From assembly GCF_006345805.1 (NCBI RefSeq), contig NC_042999.1, positions 81,530,001 to 81,594,000 of the forward strand: a stretch of 64,000 nt of DNA, in the 5' to 3' direction. Every line of letters starts with the position of its first letter. Position 1 is the stretch's first letter. This document shows positions 13,600 to 25,492 of the stretch, piece by piece. Under the pieces are notes generated by a model. It ran no database searches. It saw only the letters and a program-made list of their open reading frames with translations, and was not told the origin of the DNA. This DNA is from Octopus sinensis. Lineage: Eukaryota. Position numbers and translations under genes: made by a program.

Positions 13600-13850
13600 C
13601 CAAAACCTGCATGTGCCTAATCCTGAGGCATGGAACGTACCCTTTTGCGGTTTGTAAAATAGTGCTAATATACAACTCTGTATATACTTTATTTATTTGT
13701 TGTTTCAAGTGGCATGGTTGTGTTTCATCTCTTGTACGGACTACCTGCGATATGTGTTCTGTTATTCTGTTTCTGAGGTATTCAGGTGGCGTGATTAGTA
13801 TCTTGTGCATTCATGCAGGTGTATTATGTAAGGTTTCAGCGGTGTAGGTA
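13600..13850 (-). mobile_element. Possible Penelope-like GIY-YIG endonuclease remnant
   Basis: LRNRITEHISQV resembles the L..R...H motif that follows GIY-YIG; upstream motifs are badly degraded. Confidence 0.3.
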
Positions 13851-14029
13851 ACGATTTGTGCTTTGCTAATGTGATTGGTTGTGATTCCATAGCTTTAGCG
13901 TTGTGCGAGTTAAATTATTTCCTTTATTTTGTGGTTTCGCTATGCGACAAAAGTATAATTTTGCGCAAAAAGAGTATAGTTTTTGAGCAGTGACATTGAA
14001 TTAAAAGCGAATTGCTTCTGAAATTATTC

Positions 14030-14285
14030 AAGACCCAAAGAATTCCTCTCAACACATGCCTTTGATGCTCCCCGACTACGTCTGCTCACGATCAGAGATG
14101 CATATATCGTAGCCACTAAGGGACATGCTCAACAGGTTACGGTCAGGCAACAGACAAACAAATCTGTGGTATTGAGCATAATATATGTTGTAGCCTATCT
14201 TTTCTACCAAGAGAAAACGTATACATGATAATACGTCCTATCAGAAACCATGTGAGCCACTGGCTGGTATTACTTCTGGCATTAT
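14030..14285 (+). mobile_element. Degenerate interspersed repeat, probably the 3' UTR of a CR1/L2-like LINE
   Basis: Recognised from memory as a recurrent octopus repeat (CTCTCAACAC...GATCAGAGATGC...AAATCTGTGGTATTGAGC). There is no second copy in the window to confirm it. Confidence 0.3.
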
Positions 14286-14419
14286 CATTTTCCTTTTTAT
14301 GTCAGACTTTGTTGGAATTCCTGAAGTCATGCATGTGTTGCGAGCCTGTTTTCTGCAGCCTACAGCATCATGCTATCACTTCTTTTGAACTACTTACTAC
14401 TTTCCTGATTATTCTGGCC

Positions 14420-14424
14420 GTACT

Positions 14425-14483
<59 letters not shown>

Positions 14484-14629
14484 TACTACTACTACTACTG
14501 CTGCTACTACTACTGCTGCTGCTGCTACTACTACTGCTGCTACTACTACTGCTGCTGCTGCTACTACAACTACTACTACTACTACTACACTACCACTATT
14601 ACCACCACCACCACCACCACCATCACCAC

Positions 14630-14690
<61 letters not shown>
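14420..14690. repeat. Compound (TAC)n/(CTG)n/(CAC)n/(CA)n/(TA)n microsatellite
   Basis: Directly visible. Confidence 0.95.
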
Positions 14691-14692
<2 letters not shown>

Positions 14693-14695
<3 letters not shown>

Positions 14696-14938
14696 GAAAA
14701 AAGTCAAGATAGAAAATGCTAAAGCAATTTTATAGAAAACATTTCAGTACCGGTTTCAATCATTGAGACTTTTTCAACTTTAAGTATGGAACACAATTAA
14801 ACTTTAAAAAATTTTTAAACTTTTTTTAAAAGAATATTTGTATAGTGTTCAAATACAAATGGCATTTTCCTTGTTTCTTCCTGTCTCTGCCTCTCTTGTT
14901 TACTCTTGTGGGTTCAAGGTCTTTATGAATTCTTGGTA
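14693..14938 (-). mobile_element. Penelope-like terminal repeat (pLTR family 1) with a hammerhead-like motif
   Basis: Reverse complement of 18082-18330 (about 80% by eye) and related to 31250-31470. Minus strand reads AAG-TTGAAAA-AGTC-TCAAT-GATT-GAAA-CCGG-TA-CTG. Confidence 0.65.
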
Positions 14939-15195
14939 GGAAAGAAGAAGAAGAAGAAGAAGAAGAACGAGGAGGAGGAGGAGGAGGAGAAGAGGAAGAA
15001 GAATGCGGGAGTGCCATGACAGTAGTATGTTGAATGGTCAGCTGTCTTGCCCTGAAAATGACCCGCCGTGGATGGTAACAGACACTGTTCCATTCATGAA
15101 AATATCTCTTTTGAATGTTTTGTTTATAAAATTTGCGTAGGTGTTATTCTAAACAGCAATAGTCGTAAAGTTAGGAAGGAGGTGGCGGAGAGGAG

Positions 15196-15506
15196 GAAGA
15201 CGAAGAAAAAGAAGAAGAAGAAGAAGAAGAAGAAGAAGAAGAAGAAGAAGAAGCAGAAGAAGAAGAAGAAGAAGAAGAAGCAGAAGAAAAAGAAGAAGAA
15301 GAAGAAAAAGAAGAAGAAGAAGAAGAAGAAGAAGAAGACGAAGAAGAAGAAAAAGAAGAAGAAGAAGAAGAAGAAGAAGAAGAAGAAGAAGAAGAAGAAG
15401 AAGAAGAAGAAGAAGACGGCGGCGGCGACGACGACGACGAAGAAGAAGAAGAAGAAGAAGAAGAAGAAGAAGAAGAAGAAGAAGAAGAAGGAGAAGAAGA
15501 AGAAAA
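15196..15506. repeat. Long interrupted (GAA)n array (~310 bp)
   Basis: Directly visible; a shorter GAA/GAG tract lies at 14942-15001. Confidence 0.95.
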
Positions 15507-15689
15507 AGTTAAAAGGGAAAGGAGAATAAGAAGCATTGTAGGTAGTGTGAAAGTAGAAAGGTGTGAATTGTTCAAATGACTTAAAATTGGCACGTTATAG
15601 ATTATAGAACTGTTTGGGAATGCGTTTTAACGAATTCTTGGGAATGTCTTAAGTGCATCATTTTTAATATTTGCGTGTGTGTTTTTGTT

Positions 15690-16560
15690 ATTCTAAGGCC
15701 GTGGTAGATATGTCGTAGATATATCTGGTGTCTGTGTAGAGCCATTCTTTTACGTAGATTGTATTTTGTTTGGCTTATGTATTGCTCTTGACGCCCTTAG
15801 CAGGTTAGTGCGTATACCAGGTTCTCAGAAGCACACGTGAAGTTGCATTTCACTGTGAAACGTTGTCCCTGCTTGAAGAAGAACTCTGATCCCTCAATTA
15901 AATAGTCGCATATCCCACAGTTGGGTTTTCCGCATTCTTTTTACTGATGGTTTCTGTGTTGTTGAGCCTATTCGGACATGTGTTAGGAGAACTTTTCATA
16001 GATTTGGGCTGTCTCTTGCTTATTATGATGGTGTGTGTTTGGAGGATTAAGTTCATTCTGTGGTCATCTTTTTTAGCAGGGTTATGCTTTAGAGGATGGT
16101 GTCGAAGGCTTCATTTTTGAAAGGGTTATGATGGAGATGTATGGTAGGGCTTTTGGGTGTAAATCTTTTCTTTAATTTGGGATGTCTGAGATCCTGGATT
16201 TTGAGTTGAAGGGCACGTTGAAAGAATAGTTGAAAGTCAATTAGTGAAGGTGGGTAGTTACTGGTGATATAGTGTATCTTTTAGTTCATGTAGGCTTAAA
16301 GTATATATCTGTTTCTGTTACGTTGTTAGATTTCTTAATGAAGACGTCGAGGAAGGGGAAGTTGTTGCTGGCTATATTCCATCGTGAATTGAATGTTTAC
16401 GTCAAGTTCATTTAAAAGTGCTTAAAATTATTTACGTTTCTCTATATTTTCATGCCAAAGAACGAAACAGACATCTAGGTATCCCTTCCAGTTATTTTCT
16501 ATGTAGAGGGAGAAAGGGCTGCTGTATCTTTCTAGAATCTTACGATAAAGACTAGTTTTG
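15690..16560 (-). mobile_element. Penelope-like element remnant: RT palm/thumb plus GIY-YIG, frameshifted
   Basis: Piecewise translation: NNWKGYLDVCFVLW (YLDD motif), LLNELDVNIQFTMEYS, FLDVFIK..TETDIYFKPT, KECGKPNCGICDYLIEGSEFFFKQGQRFTVKCNFTCASENLVY. Same type as 32136-33052. Confidence 0.8.
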
Positions 16561-18081
16561 CGTGCACGCTTATATGCGCGTGTGTCTAAAAGCAAAACTT
16601 TTGAGAATGCTAGTGGATATGTGAGTATGTGTCAAGTAGATGAGTTGGTAATACTGAGGCAAAAAGTGTGTATTTATATGTGTTTATGTAGATGTAACTG
16701 TGTGAGATGTGGCTAAACACATGAGTTAACATGATGGTATTTTTGGATATCGATGTGTGTGCACGTACTAGAGTAAGTGGGAGTATCAACGGGCCAAGAT
16801 TGCAGAAGAAGTAAGAGGTGTATTCGGGTTAATGAGAATATGATTACGTGGGATTGTAAGGATGTATATGTAAATGATGTTGCCTTTTGGGTGACATGTA
16901 GCTGTGTGTGCATGGGGAGGAGATATGGGTAGTCGGGGGAGAGTTTTGGGTTTAACTAGGGTGCATAGAGTGAACGTGGTAGAGAATAGAGAGAAACAAA
17001 GCAGAGAGGGTATATTTAGATGTCGGGTAGGTAGAAAAAAGTAAAGAAGTATTTAGGAGACTCACACACACACGCATTCGCACACACACATATATCCCCC
17101 CCCACACACACACGCTCTATATCTTTTTCTCTCTCTCTCTATTTATTTTTAAGTAGATTAATTGTTAATAAAAAAATTAGTCGATTAAACTTTGGTTTCT
17201 ATATAATGTGAAATAATTACTGACTTAGAATTAGAAAACAAATAAGTGAAAAAAAAAAGGAAAATGAAAATATATAACATTGTAACTTATTCAACGTAAA
17301 TCGTTTCCTGGAAGGTGTCTTTTTTTTTAAAGAAGTTCTCTCTGTATACCGGATTCTGTTGTCCTGTGTAAAACGCAAATGAGATAATTACGGTACATAA
17401 ATGATAGCGGAAAGATAACCCAATTAGACTTTCATCTTATTAAAAGCTTGCATTGAGGCTGTTTATCCTTCGGTGAACTGGCTGGTTCTTTAGGCTTTCA
17501 GTGCCAATTGACCGTAAGTATCTAATATATAATTCAAGTAAAAATCTTCGGCTATTTGGCGTGTTTTGTTACTTAGCTATAATTATTTATTTTGTGTTTC
17601 GCTTTGATCGCATTGTAATCGAGGTGGAATTCATTGCAATAATTTATTCTCTTAGTCTGGATATTTGTTCAGAGAATCGTAACGATTTCTTGTTTCGAGG
17701 AGTGATGTGTTGTTATTATCATATTGTTTTTCCCTTTTCATATATAATGCATGATTTCATATATTCCTTTGATCCATTGTTTTTATTATATATAACTTTT
17801 TTGTATTCTTTTCTGGCAATCACAATCATATTGGCTTTTTTTTGGATAATTATTGGTTATCTATTGTTAGTATTGATGTTGATTCTGTGTTTTTGGTTTG
17901 TTTGTAAATAAAACATTTTCTAAAAACTTAATGGAAAACTGAGATTTCTAAAGTTCATTACGTATTCTGAATTTACGATGTACTTAATTAATTAGCTTGT
18001 ATGAAAGGTTAACGTATTTCAAAAGTTTATGATACTCTGGAACTTCTATATATGTAGAAGGTTGAAAAGGAAACATCCATG

Positions 18082-18330
18082 CCAAGAATTCACAACAATC
18101 TCGAACCCATAAGAGTAAACAAGAGAGGCAGAGACAGGCAGAAACAAGGAAATGAACCTCGTATTTGAGTATTATGCAAATATTCTTTTAAAAACTTTTC
18201 TTTTAATATTTCTAAAATTTAATTGTTTTCCATACTTACATTTGAAAAAGTCTCAATGACTGAAACCGGTACTGAAATGTTTTTTTATAAAATTATCTTA
18301 CCATTTTCTACCTTGACTCTTTTTCCATAT
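18082..18330 (+). mobile_element. Penelope-like terminal repeat (pLTR family 1) with a hammerhead-like motif
   Basis: Contains TTGAAAA-AGTC-TCAAT-GACT-GAAA-CCGG-TA-CTG at 18242-18274 and ends at (TA)n. Confidence 0.65.
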
Positions 18331-18358
18331 ATTATATATATGTATGGTATGGTATGTA

Positions 18359-18402
<44 letters not shown>

Positions 18403-18405
<3 letters not shown>

Positions 18406-18801
18406 TCTTTACTCTTTTACTTGTTTCAGTCATTTGACTGCGGCCATGCTGGAGCACCGCCTTTAGTCGAACAAATCGACCCCGGGACTTATTCTTTGTA
18501 AGCCCAGTACTTATTCTATCGGTCTCTTTTTGCCGAACCGCTAAGTGACGGGGACGTAAACACACCAGCATCGGTTGTCAAGCAATGCTAGGGGGACAAA
18601 CACAGACACACAAACACACACACATATATATATATATACGACAGGCTTCTTTCAGTTTCCGTCTACCAAATCCACTCACAAGGCATTGGTCGGCCCGGGG
18701 CTATAGCAGAAGACACTTGCCCAAGGTGCCACGCAGTGGGACTGAACCCAGAACCATGAGGTTGGTTAGCAAGCTACTTACCACACAGCCACTCCTGCGC
18801 C
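18403..18801 (-). mobile_element. tRNA-derived SINE, family A, full length
   Basis: Complete head to (AGTAAAAG)n tail on the minus strand, flanked by (TA)n on both sides. Confidence 0.92.
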
Positions 18802-18852
18802 TATATATATATATATACATACATAAACACACACATATATATACATATATAC

Positions 18853-18913
<61 letters not shown>

Positions 18914-20750
18914 CATGGATTTTTTAAAAATTTTACATAACTGAATCTCAGAGTAAATACGCTTTTTGTGTGTTCGAATGTCAGTTGTATAGCAAGCATT
19001 CGAATACATACAGGGAATATGAATTCATGTGAACTAGTACATTCGCATTTCTTCCATGGTGTGTATTAGGTCTGCACGTGTGTTTGTGTTTGTATGTAAG
19101 AGTGTGTGTGTGCTTGTGTGTCAGTGTGTTTTTGTGTGTGCTTAGTGTCTCTGTTTAACTTTAGTGAAATTACTACAATATTTTCCTTAGTAGTTCTTAA
19201 TTAATGGAATATCTACAAACTCTAATTGTAGCAAGCTGGAAAAAGCATCAATGCTATGATATTTATTCATTTATTAATTACATTGAAATGCATTTGTTAA
19301 TTTTAAAATTGCTTGCCTACAAGCAATGACTTCGCATTTTATACATCACTGAAATATTACAACACTTTTGTTTCCAACCAGCCTGATATGTCAAATAGGC
19401 GCTTTTCAGAATAAATAGACCGCAGACTGGTCTGTTTACACGAAACCTCAGATAATTTACCTCTAATACATGTGGAACTGCATCCTGGAACTGCGATGGT
19501 AATTCGAAGATGGCAAGATCTGGTAATGGAATGTGTGTACCTTCAGATCAAACAGCAGAAGTTTTCCAAATATCCCGATATAAAAGTCTCCGTAAAACGA
19601 TACTTAGTAAGTCAACAACGTCGAGTCACAAACCATGCTTCTATATTATACATGATTTCGCTTTAATGAAATAAAGGGTGTACGTTTTATCAGTTTCATA
19701 TGAAAAAGTGTTACAACATGCTACATATCAATTTTCATTATCGGTTTACGTTTGAATGAGGTAATGGGCAAGAAAATTGAATTTGAGATTCGAAGAAGTG
19801 CGAGTAATTGTCAGAATCGTAGGGCTACGAATAGCATTCCTTGCGGTATTTGTTTCACATTTCTCCATTTTATGTTCAGTTCCTGTTATGATCGAATATG
19901 CTTTTCATTTTTGCGAGGTGGATAATAAAATACTCATCTTGTTCATTAAACTGACGGAACATTTAGAGGGTTGGACATTGCAGTATCTGTTTCGATTCTT
20001 CATGGTAGACGTGATAAAGCACAAATCCCGTAAAGGGTTCGATATTACTGATTGCTCCCATTCACAAATTTATAGCTTATAGAGTATGAAGAGTTATGTT
20101 TTAGAAATAAAAGATTATGAGGACAAAGAATCAATGAGGTGGAAAACTATCCTGATTTCATGTCTTGTAAACCTTAGAATATATTCGTATTTTTCTTTTG
20201 TAAATTTCATACCGGGACACAGTAACTTAATGGGAAAATGATTATTTTGGAACCTAGCTGCAGTTATACATTGTATAAATATTATATATATATATATTAA
20301 TATATTCTCGACAGTATTGCTTTGAATGCTGATGAGGAGTATCATAAAATCAGTTGATCTTTTGATATTATGATCGTATTAGAGTACCTCTGAACTATTA
20401 CTAAAGGAGCACTATTGGTAACTACTGCAGGAATATTAGTGATGTAATTCAGATGTATAGTTTGCAATAGTGAAGAGAAACCCAATCTAATGAGAAATGG
20501 CCTCTGACGTTACGTAAGATAGTATTAAATCTAATGAAAATGATATCAATCTTAATTATATGATAAAAATATTTTGCGATTTTGGGAAATTGAATATTAG
20601 AAACCGACAGATAATGATTCATAAATCAAATTTGAAACAATTCTGAGCAAGTAAATGTGAGACATTTATGGAGTAACATTGCCAGATTTTTTATAGCCAT
20701 ATATATGTGTGTGAGTGTGTGTGTATGTGAGTGTTTATTACATATCTGCG

Positions 20751-20786
<36 letters not shown>

Positions 20787-21339
20787 CCTGTGGTATAGTT
20801 ATCAAATAATATAAAGTAATAAATTGAAATTCTGAGTTATCATATACATCTCTTTTCACTTGAAATTAATTGTATAATAATAACAAATCCCAAAATTATT
20901 GTTTGAATTCACATTCCTTATTTTCAATTAGAGAATGTATTGAATGTAATACATATTTTAAAAATGGAAAATAGAATCGAATATTGAAAATTACATATAT
21001 GAAATGAAATATAAAACCTCGGCTCTAATCGAAATGATCTAACCAATGAACCAATGGAAACGTGCATACGTATATGAAGGTGGGTATTGACGGAAGCAAT
21101 TGTTGTAATAATGCACGTACTGAGGGTTATATTTACGCAAAATGTGACTGTTGAACATGACGTAACACGCTAAGATTGACGCATGTTTTATTCTCTCTAT
21201 GCGATTTTAGAGGTACACATATCTACACTCGCTTCGTATAACCTTACGCAAAAAAAACTATAAGCACAGACACATAGATGAATATGACTATATAAAAGAT
21301 GCTTGCGTATGCTTTTATGTGGTTCTGCGTGGGTATATC

Positions 21340-21698
21340 ATATATGTGTGTGTGTGTGTGAGTGTGTGTGCGTGTGTGTGAGTGTGTGTGCGTGTGTGTG
21401 AGTGTGTGTGCGTGTGTGTCTGTGTCTGTGTGTGTGTGTATGCATATATACACGTATGTGAGAGCAAGACAGCGTGGGAGAGGAAGAATAGTAAGACCGG
21501 TAATAGGAAATAATAAAAAAAATTACAATATTCCGTAGAAACAATATTTGATATCATTTAAATTAGGCGACTCTGTGATTTCAACTGTTTTCAACTGTTT
21601 CCAGTTCAGCTAAACACACAAACACACGCACACACAGACACACACACACGCACGCACATACATACACACACGCACACACATTTGTATGTATAGGAATA

Positions 21699-21760
<62 letters not shown>

Positions 21761-21790
21761 TTAGATAAACAGATAGATAGATAGATAGAT

Positions 21791-21856
<66 letters not shown>

Positions 21857-21880
21857 TGATAGATAGATAGATAGACAGAC
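21340..21880. repeat. Microsatellite cluster: (GT)n, (CA)n, (TA)n, (GATA)n
   Basis: Directly visible at 21340-21440 and 21613-21880. Confidence 0.9.
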
Positions 21881-22695
21881 AGTTTTAGCAATATCCATGT
21901 ATATCTAGAAATAAAAATCTAAACTACGTTTTGTCGTTCCTGTCAGCTATTTTTTCCTCTTCTCTTCAATTTAATAGCGTCGTTCGCAGATTTCCTAAGG
22001 GCAAAACTCATTCTCATACATATAATGCAAATATTTTTCCAACTGTTTGTATTTTTGCTATTTAGTACCATGCCAAACCTCCCCTTGCGCATCTTTTTCT
22101 TCTGGTTGAAATTTAATATACTTTGTCAAATATTACAATTTTATTTTACAAATTCTCAAATGGTTATGAAATTATTGCTAAATCTATTATGTTTTTAGGT
22201 TTTTAAAATCATTTCTACTACTTATTATTATAGAACACTGGAAGACATATATTTTTTTGTACCATTTCACTAATTGGATGTTGGTTCTTGTCTTTGTTTT
22301 GCTTTATGGAATACACAATTTTTCTCAAACTTGTCTTTTGTGTCTCTAACTGTTTCTATAACTTCTATGCACTTTCGCCGTCATGCGTATGTTTTAATAT
22401 TATGTATCATAAAGACTAGTGAGATTTAGAATAATAGAATAGCATTATTAACATGTTTCGAACCATATATTTCCTACCAGCGTATCTCATTACATCTTGC
22501 GAACCTGAGTGTTCGTAAATCCTTATGTGTTAATTCTCTTTAGCTATACTATTAGCTGATATCAGTTACTTAGCGACAGAGAATAGCTAAAACTTCATAC
22601 AAAAATGCTATATAATATATTCATTGTTGTCCAACAGATTGGTGGAGTTCACATTGATTACCCTTCGCCCAAAGAAAACTAACTGTCACTAATAA

Positions 22696-22838
22696 TAGTT
22701 TCAAATTTTGGCACACGGCAGCAGGTTCGAGGGAGGGGTTATGTCAATTACATCGACCACAGTTTTCAATTGGTAATTGTTTCATCGACCCTGAAAGGAT
22801 GAAAGACTGAGACGAAGTCCGCAGAATTTGATATCAAA
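22696..22838 (-). mobile_element. SINE family B 3' fragment with the TGTGCCAAAATTTGAAAC-type tail
   Basis: Reverse complement matches the CTTTCATCCTTTCAGGGTCGAT...GTCGATGTAATTGAC body of family B. Confidence 0.55.
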
Positions 22839-23931
22839 ACACCCGACAGCAGTCATTAAAATGATATAAATTTACTACAAACGTAGACCATCTAAAATTG
22901 TATTAGGTATATGTTCGCGCTGGAGACAGAAAAAAATGCAAGATAATCACTAAAGTATTTCGCATCCCAGGAAATTGCATTATAGTTTACAAATTAGATT
23001 GCCTTTCAACAACACTTTCTCTCCCTCTCTGTCAATTTCTCTCTCTCTCTCTCCCACCATCTTACTCCTTCATACACATACATATCAACCTTAAAAATAT
23101 TTTTCTATGTCGAATTTTTGTCTTTAATTTCCGTCATATTACCTCCCTTTCAAATGTTTCGATATTTTTGTTTTTATAATCATCATTGTGACATTCGGTC
23201 CGAACAGCCTAGATGTCAGAAATATAGGTATTATTGTATGTTAGTAGCAATCGCTCTTGGATAGGTTTGCTAAATTAATACCACCTAACACTTTAGAATT
23301 CTAAAACAGTTTTGCTGTTATAATTTCAAAAACGTTGTATTATGCCATAGCCTATTCAAGATGAATGTATCAAGGAATAGCTTGATGATTACATCAGGGA
23401 ATATATCCGCCATCTTCAACAGAATGTAGAAACGATAAACTTCCGGTTAAAAAAAGTTAAGAATATCATAGATATTTAACTTACGGTCTACCTAGGTACT
23501 TACGTGCCAAATAACAAATGAACCGTTTCAATGCCCGCTTTCATTCAATGCGCGATTTCATTCATTTTGTCATTATGTTTTATATTAGCGACATTTTTCC
23601 CTAACCTGCAATGAATTTTGATAAATTGTAATTCCAGCCAGGTTTCCCAATGCTTTCAAATTTTTAAAAAAATTATGGTTATGAGTTCTGAACATGATAA
23701 CAATAAGAATTTATGTAACCTGAAAAAATATCAAATGTTAGAGTAAATGATTATATGCCTATTATATCTGTCGTTTAAAATTTCGCTTACGTGCTTTTTC
23801 CTCGATCACCCACCCTCTCCCTCTTTCTTTCTCTGTATATATATATGTAGGTCCCGGGTTGAGTCGGGGTTAACCACAGTAAATAAGGTACTCAATACAT
23901 AGCAGAGTAAATTAATTTATTTTATAGGAGG

Positions 23932-23982
23932 AGCTTCTACAGGACTAGAACTGTTTCATTCAAAAGAAATCATCAGGAAGCT
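23932..23982 (-). ncRNA. Type I hammerhead ribozyme fold (left-arm copy)
   Basis: Exact reverse complement of 24772-24822. Confidence 0.7.
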
Positions 23983-24207
23983 AGGTGACAAGAGTAGTTT
24001 TGGCATTTATACATTTAGGCAGGTTTAAAGGGGTGGTGGTGGGGGACTTTTTTGGAGTAGGCATGGCGCAAACTATCATTCTTAGGGGAGTGGTCAAAGG
24101 AATCGGTGGTAAAGTAGATAAAAGAATAAATAAAAGAATAAAAGAATAAATAGAAAAATGGAGTTTTAGGTAAATAAGGAGACTCTCACTTATACATATA
24201 CATATTC

Positions 24208-24259
<52 letters not shown>

Positions 24260-24501
24260 GTACATATACACATACACACACACATACCCATATGTATACA
24301 TATACATACATATACACACATATACATACATACACGTATACATATATACACATACACATACGTACACATACACACATACACCCATACGTATGTGTATGTG
24401 TATATATGTATACGTGTATGTATGTATATGTGTGTATATGTATGTATATGTATACATATGTGTATGTGTGTGTGTGTGTATGTGTATATGTACATGTATA
24501 T

Positions 24502-24562
<61 letters not shown>

Positions 24563-24771
24563 GTATATGTATATGTATAAGTGAGAGTCTCCTTATTTAC
24601 CTAAAACTCTATTTTTCTATTTATTTATTCTTTTATCTACTTTACCACCGATTCCTTTGACCACTCCCCCAAGAATGATAGTTTGCGCCATGCCTACCCC
24701 AAAAAAGTCCCCCACCAGCACCCCTTTAAACCTGCCTAAATGTATAAATGCCAAAACTACTCTTGTCACCT

Positions 24772-24822
24772 AGCTTCCTGATGATTTCTTTTGAATGAAA
24801 CAGTTCTAGTCCTGTAGAAGCT
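24772..24822 (+). ncRNA. Type I hammerhead ribozyme fold with canonical CUGAUGA/GAAA core
   Basis: AGCTTC-CTGATGA-T.TTC-TTTT-GAA.T-GAAA-CAG-TTCTAGTC-CTG-TA^GAAGCT. Helix I is 6 bp, helix II is 3 bp under a U.U closing pair, helix III is 4 bp, and the cleavage triplet is GUA. Confidence 0.7.
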
Positions 24823-24875
24823 CCTTCTATAAAATAAAATATATATATACATATATCAAAAGAAATCACAAAAAT

Positions 24876-25492
24876 AAACAAAAGACGAAGACAGGTGGTG
24901 GAGACAACAAACAGATGTATTAGTATAACGCTCGGAAGAGAAAAACTCTTTACCCTTTCGAGCCTGCGCTCTTCCACAGATAGGAACAGAGAAGGAAACA
25001 AGAAGAGAAAATAAAAATGTGTAGTGGCTGGTGATCTATCATTGCGAAGGGTCACGCAGGAAAGCAAAGGAGAAGGGGAGATAATAAAGTGGTGGTGATC
25101 CCAAAATAAAGGTGCGTCTGCGTGTGTATAAGAGAGTTTGTATATGCGTGTGAAAGGGGACTGGAGATCTTGACGTGTGCGTGTGTGTATGCGTAGGTGT
25201 GAAATATGGATCTGGGAAGTGGTCAGTGCTGATGTGTGCGTGGTTGTGTGTGTTGATATGGATGTGTTGTGTGGTATGGTGGTGTAAGGTATAGTGGTGT
25301 GTGGTGAAATTTCCAGAAAAACAAAAGACGAAGACAAGCCTATGAACAAGAAGCAGGTGTATTTTGTTTGACGCTCGGTAAAGTGACAAAGTCTTTTACG
25401 TTTCGAACTTACACTCTTCAGCAAAAGGAATAAGAGAAAATAAACAGAGGGTGAGAGAGAGAATTTTAAAAAACCTTGTGGATTTAGCGATC
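24876..25492 (-). mobile_element. Two direct-repeat PLE-type terminal repeats (family 3) with a GT-rich spacer
   Basis: AAACAAAAGACGAAGACA...GACGCTCGG...TTTCGA..CTCTTC..AGAGAAAATAAA occurs at 24876-25037 and 25317-25492. The minus strand carries degenerate (C/T)TGAAGA...GAAA motifs. Confidence 0.45.

Larger units (their letters stand above)
23915..24840. repeat. ~925-bp palindrome: two ~270-bp inverted PLE-type terminal repeats around a self-complementary TA/CA/TG microsatellite, ~20-nt loop
   Basis: 23915-24195 is the reverse complement of 24575-24840 with only a few substitutions and one short indel. The inner CA-rich half mirrors the TG-rich half; loop at about 24365-24384. Confidence 0.92.

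Noticed and set aside
14200-14275. Short matches to U2 snRNA (ATACGTCCT, CTGGTATT)
   Set aside because: The matches are only 8-9 nt long, with no Sm site or U2 5' end; they are compatible with chance in a decayed repeat.
18585-18944. Recurrent ORFs such as MLGGQTQTH...PKVPRSGTEP (also 1100-1399, 28948-29504)
   Set aside because: They are antisense or sense readings of SINE family A copies, not a gene family.
24726-25424. Longest ORF in the track (232 aa)
   Set aside because: It spans unrelated repeats (pLTR family 3, GT-rich spacer, palindrome arm) and has low-complexity composition.
25395-25428. CTGAAGA...GAAACGTA hammerhead-like motif on the minus strand
   Set aside because: Helix II barely pairs and the first helix I pair is a G.A mismatch. 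It is kept only as a sign of pLTR origin, not as a ribozyme.
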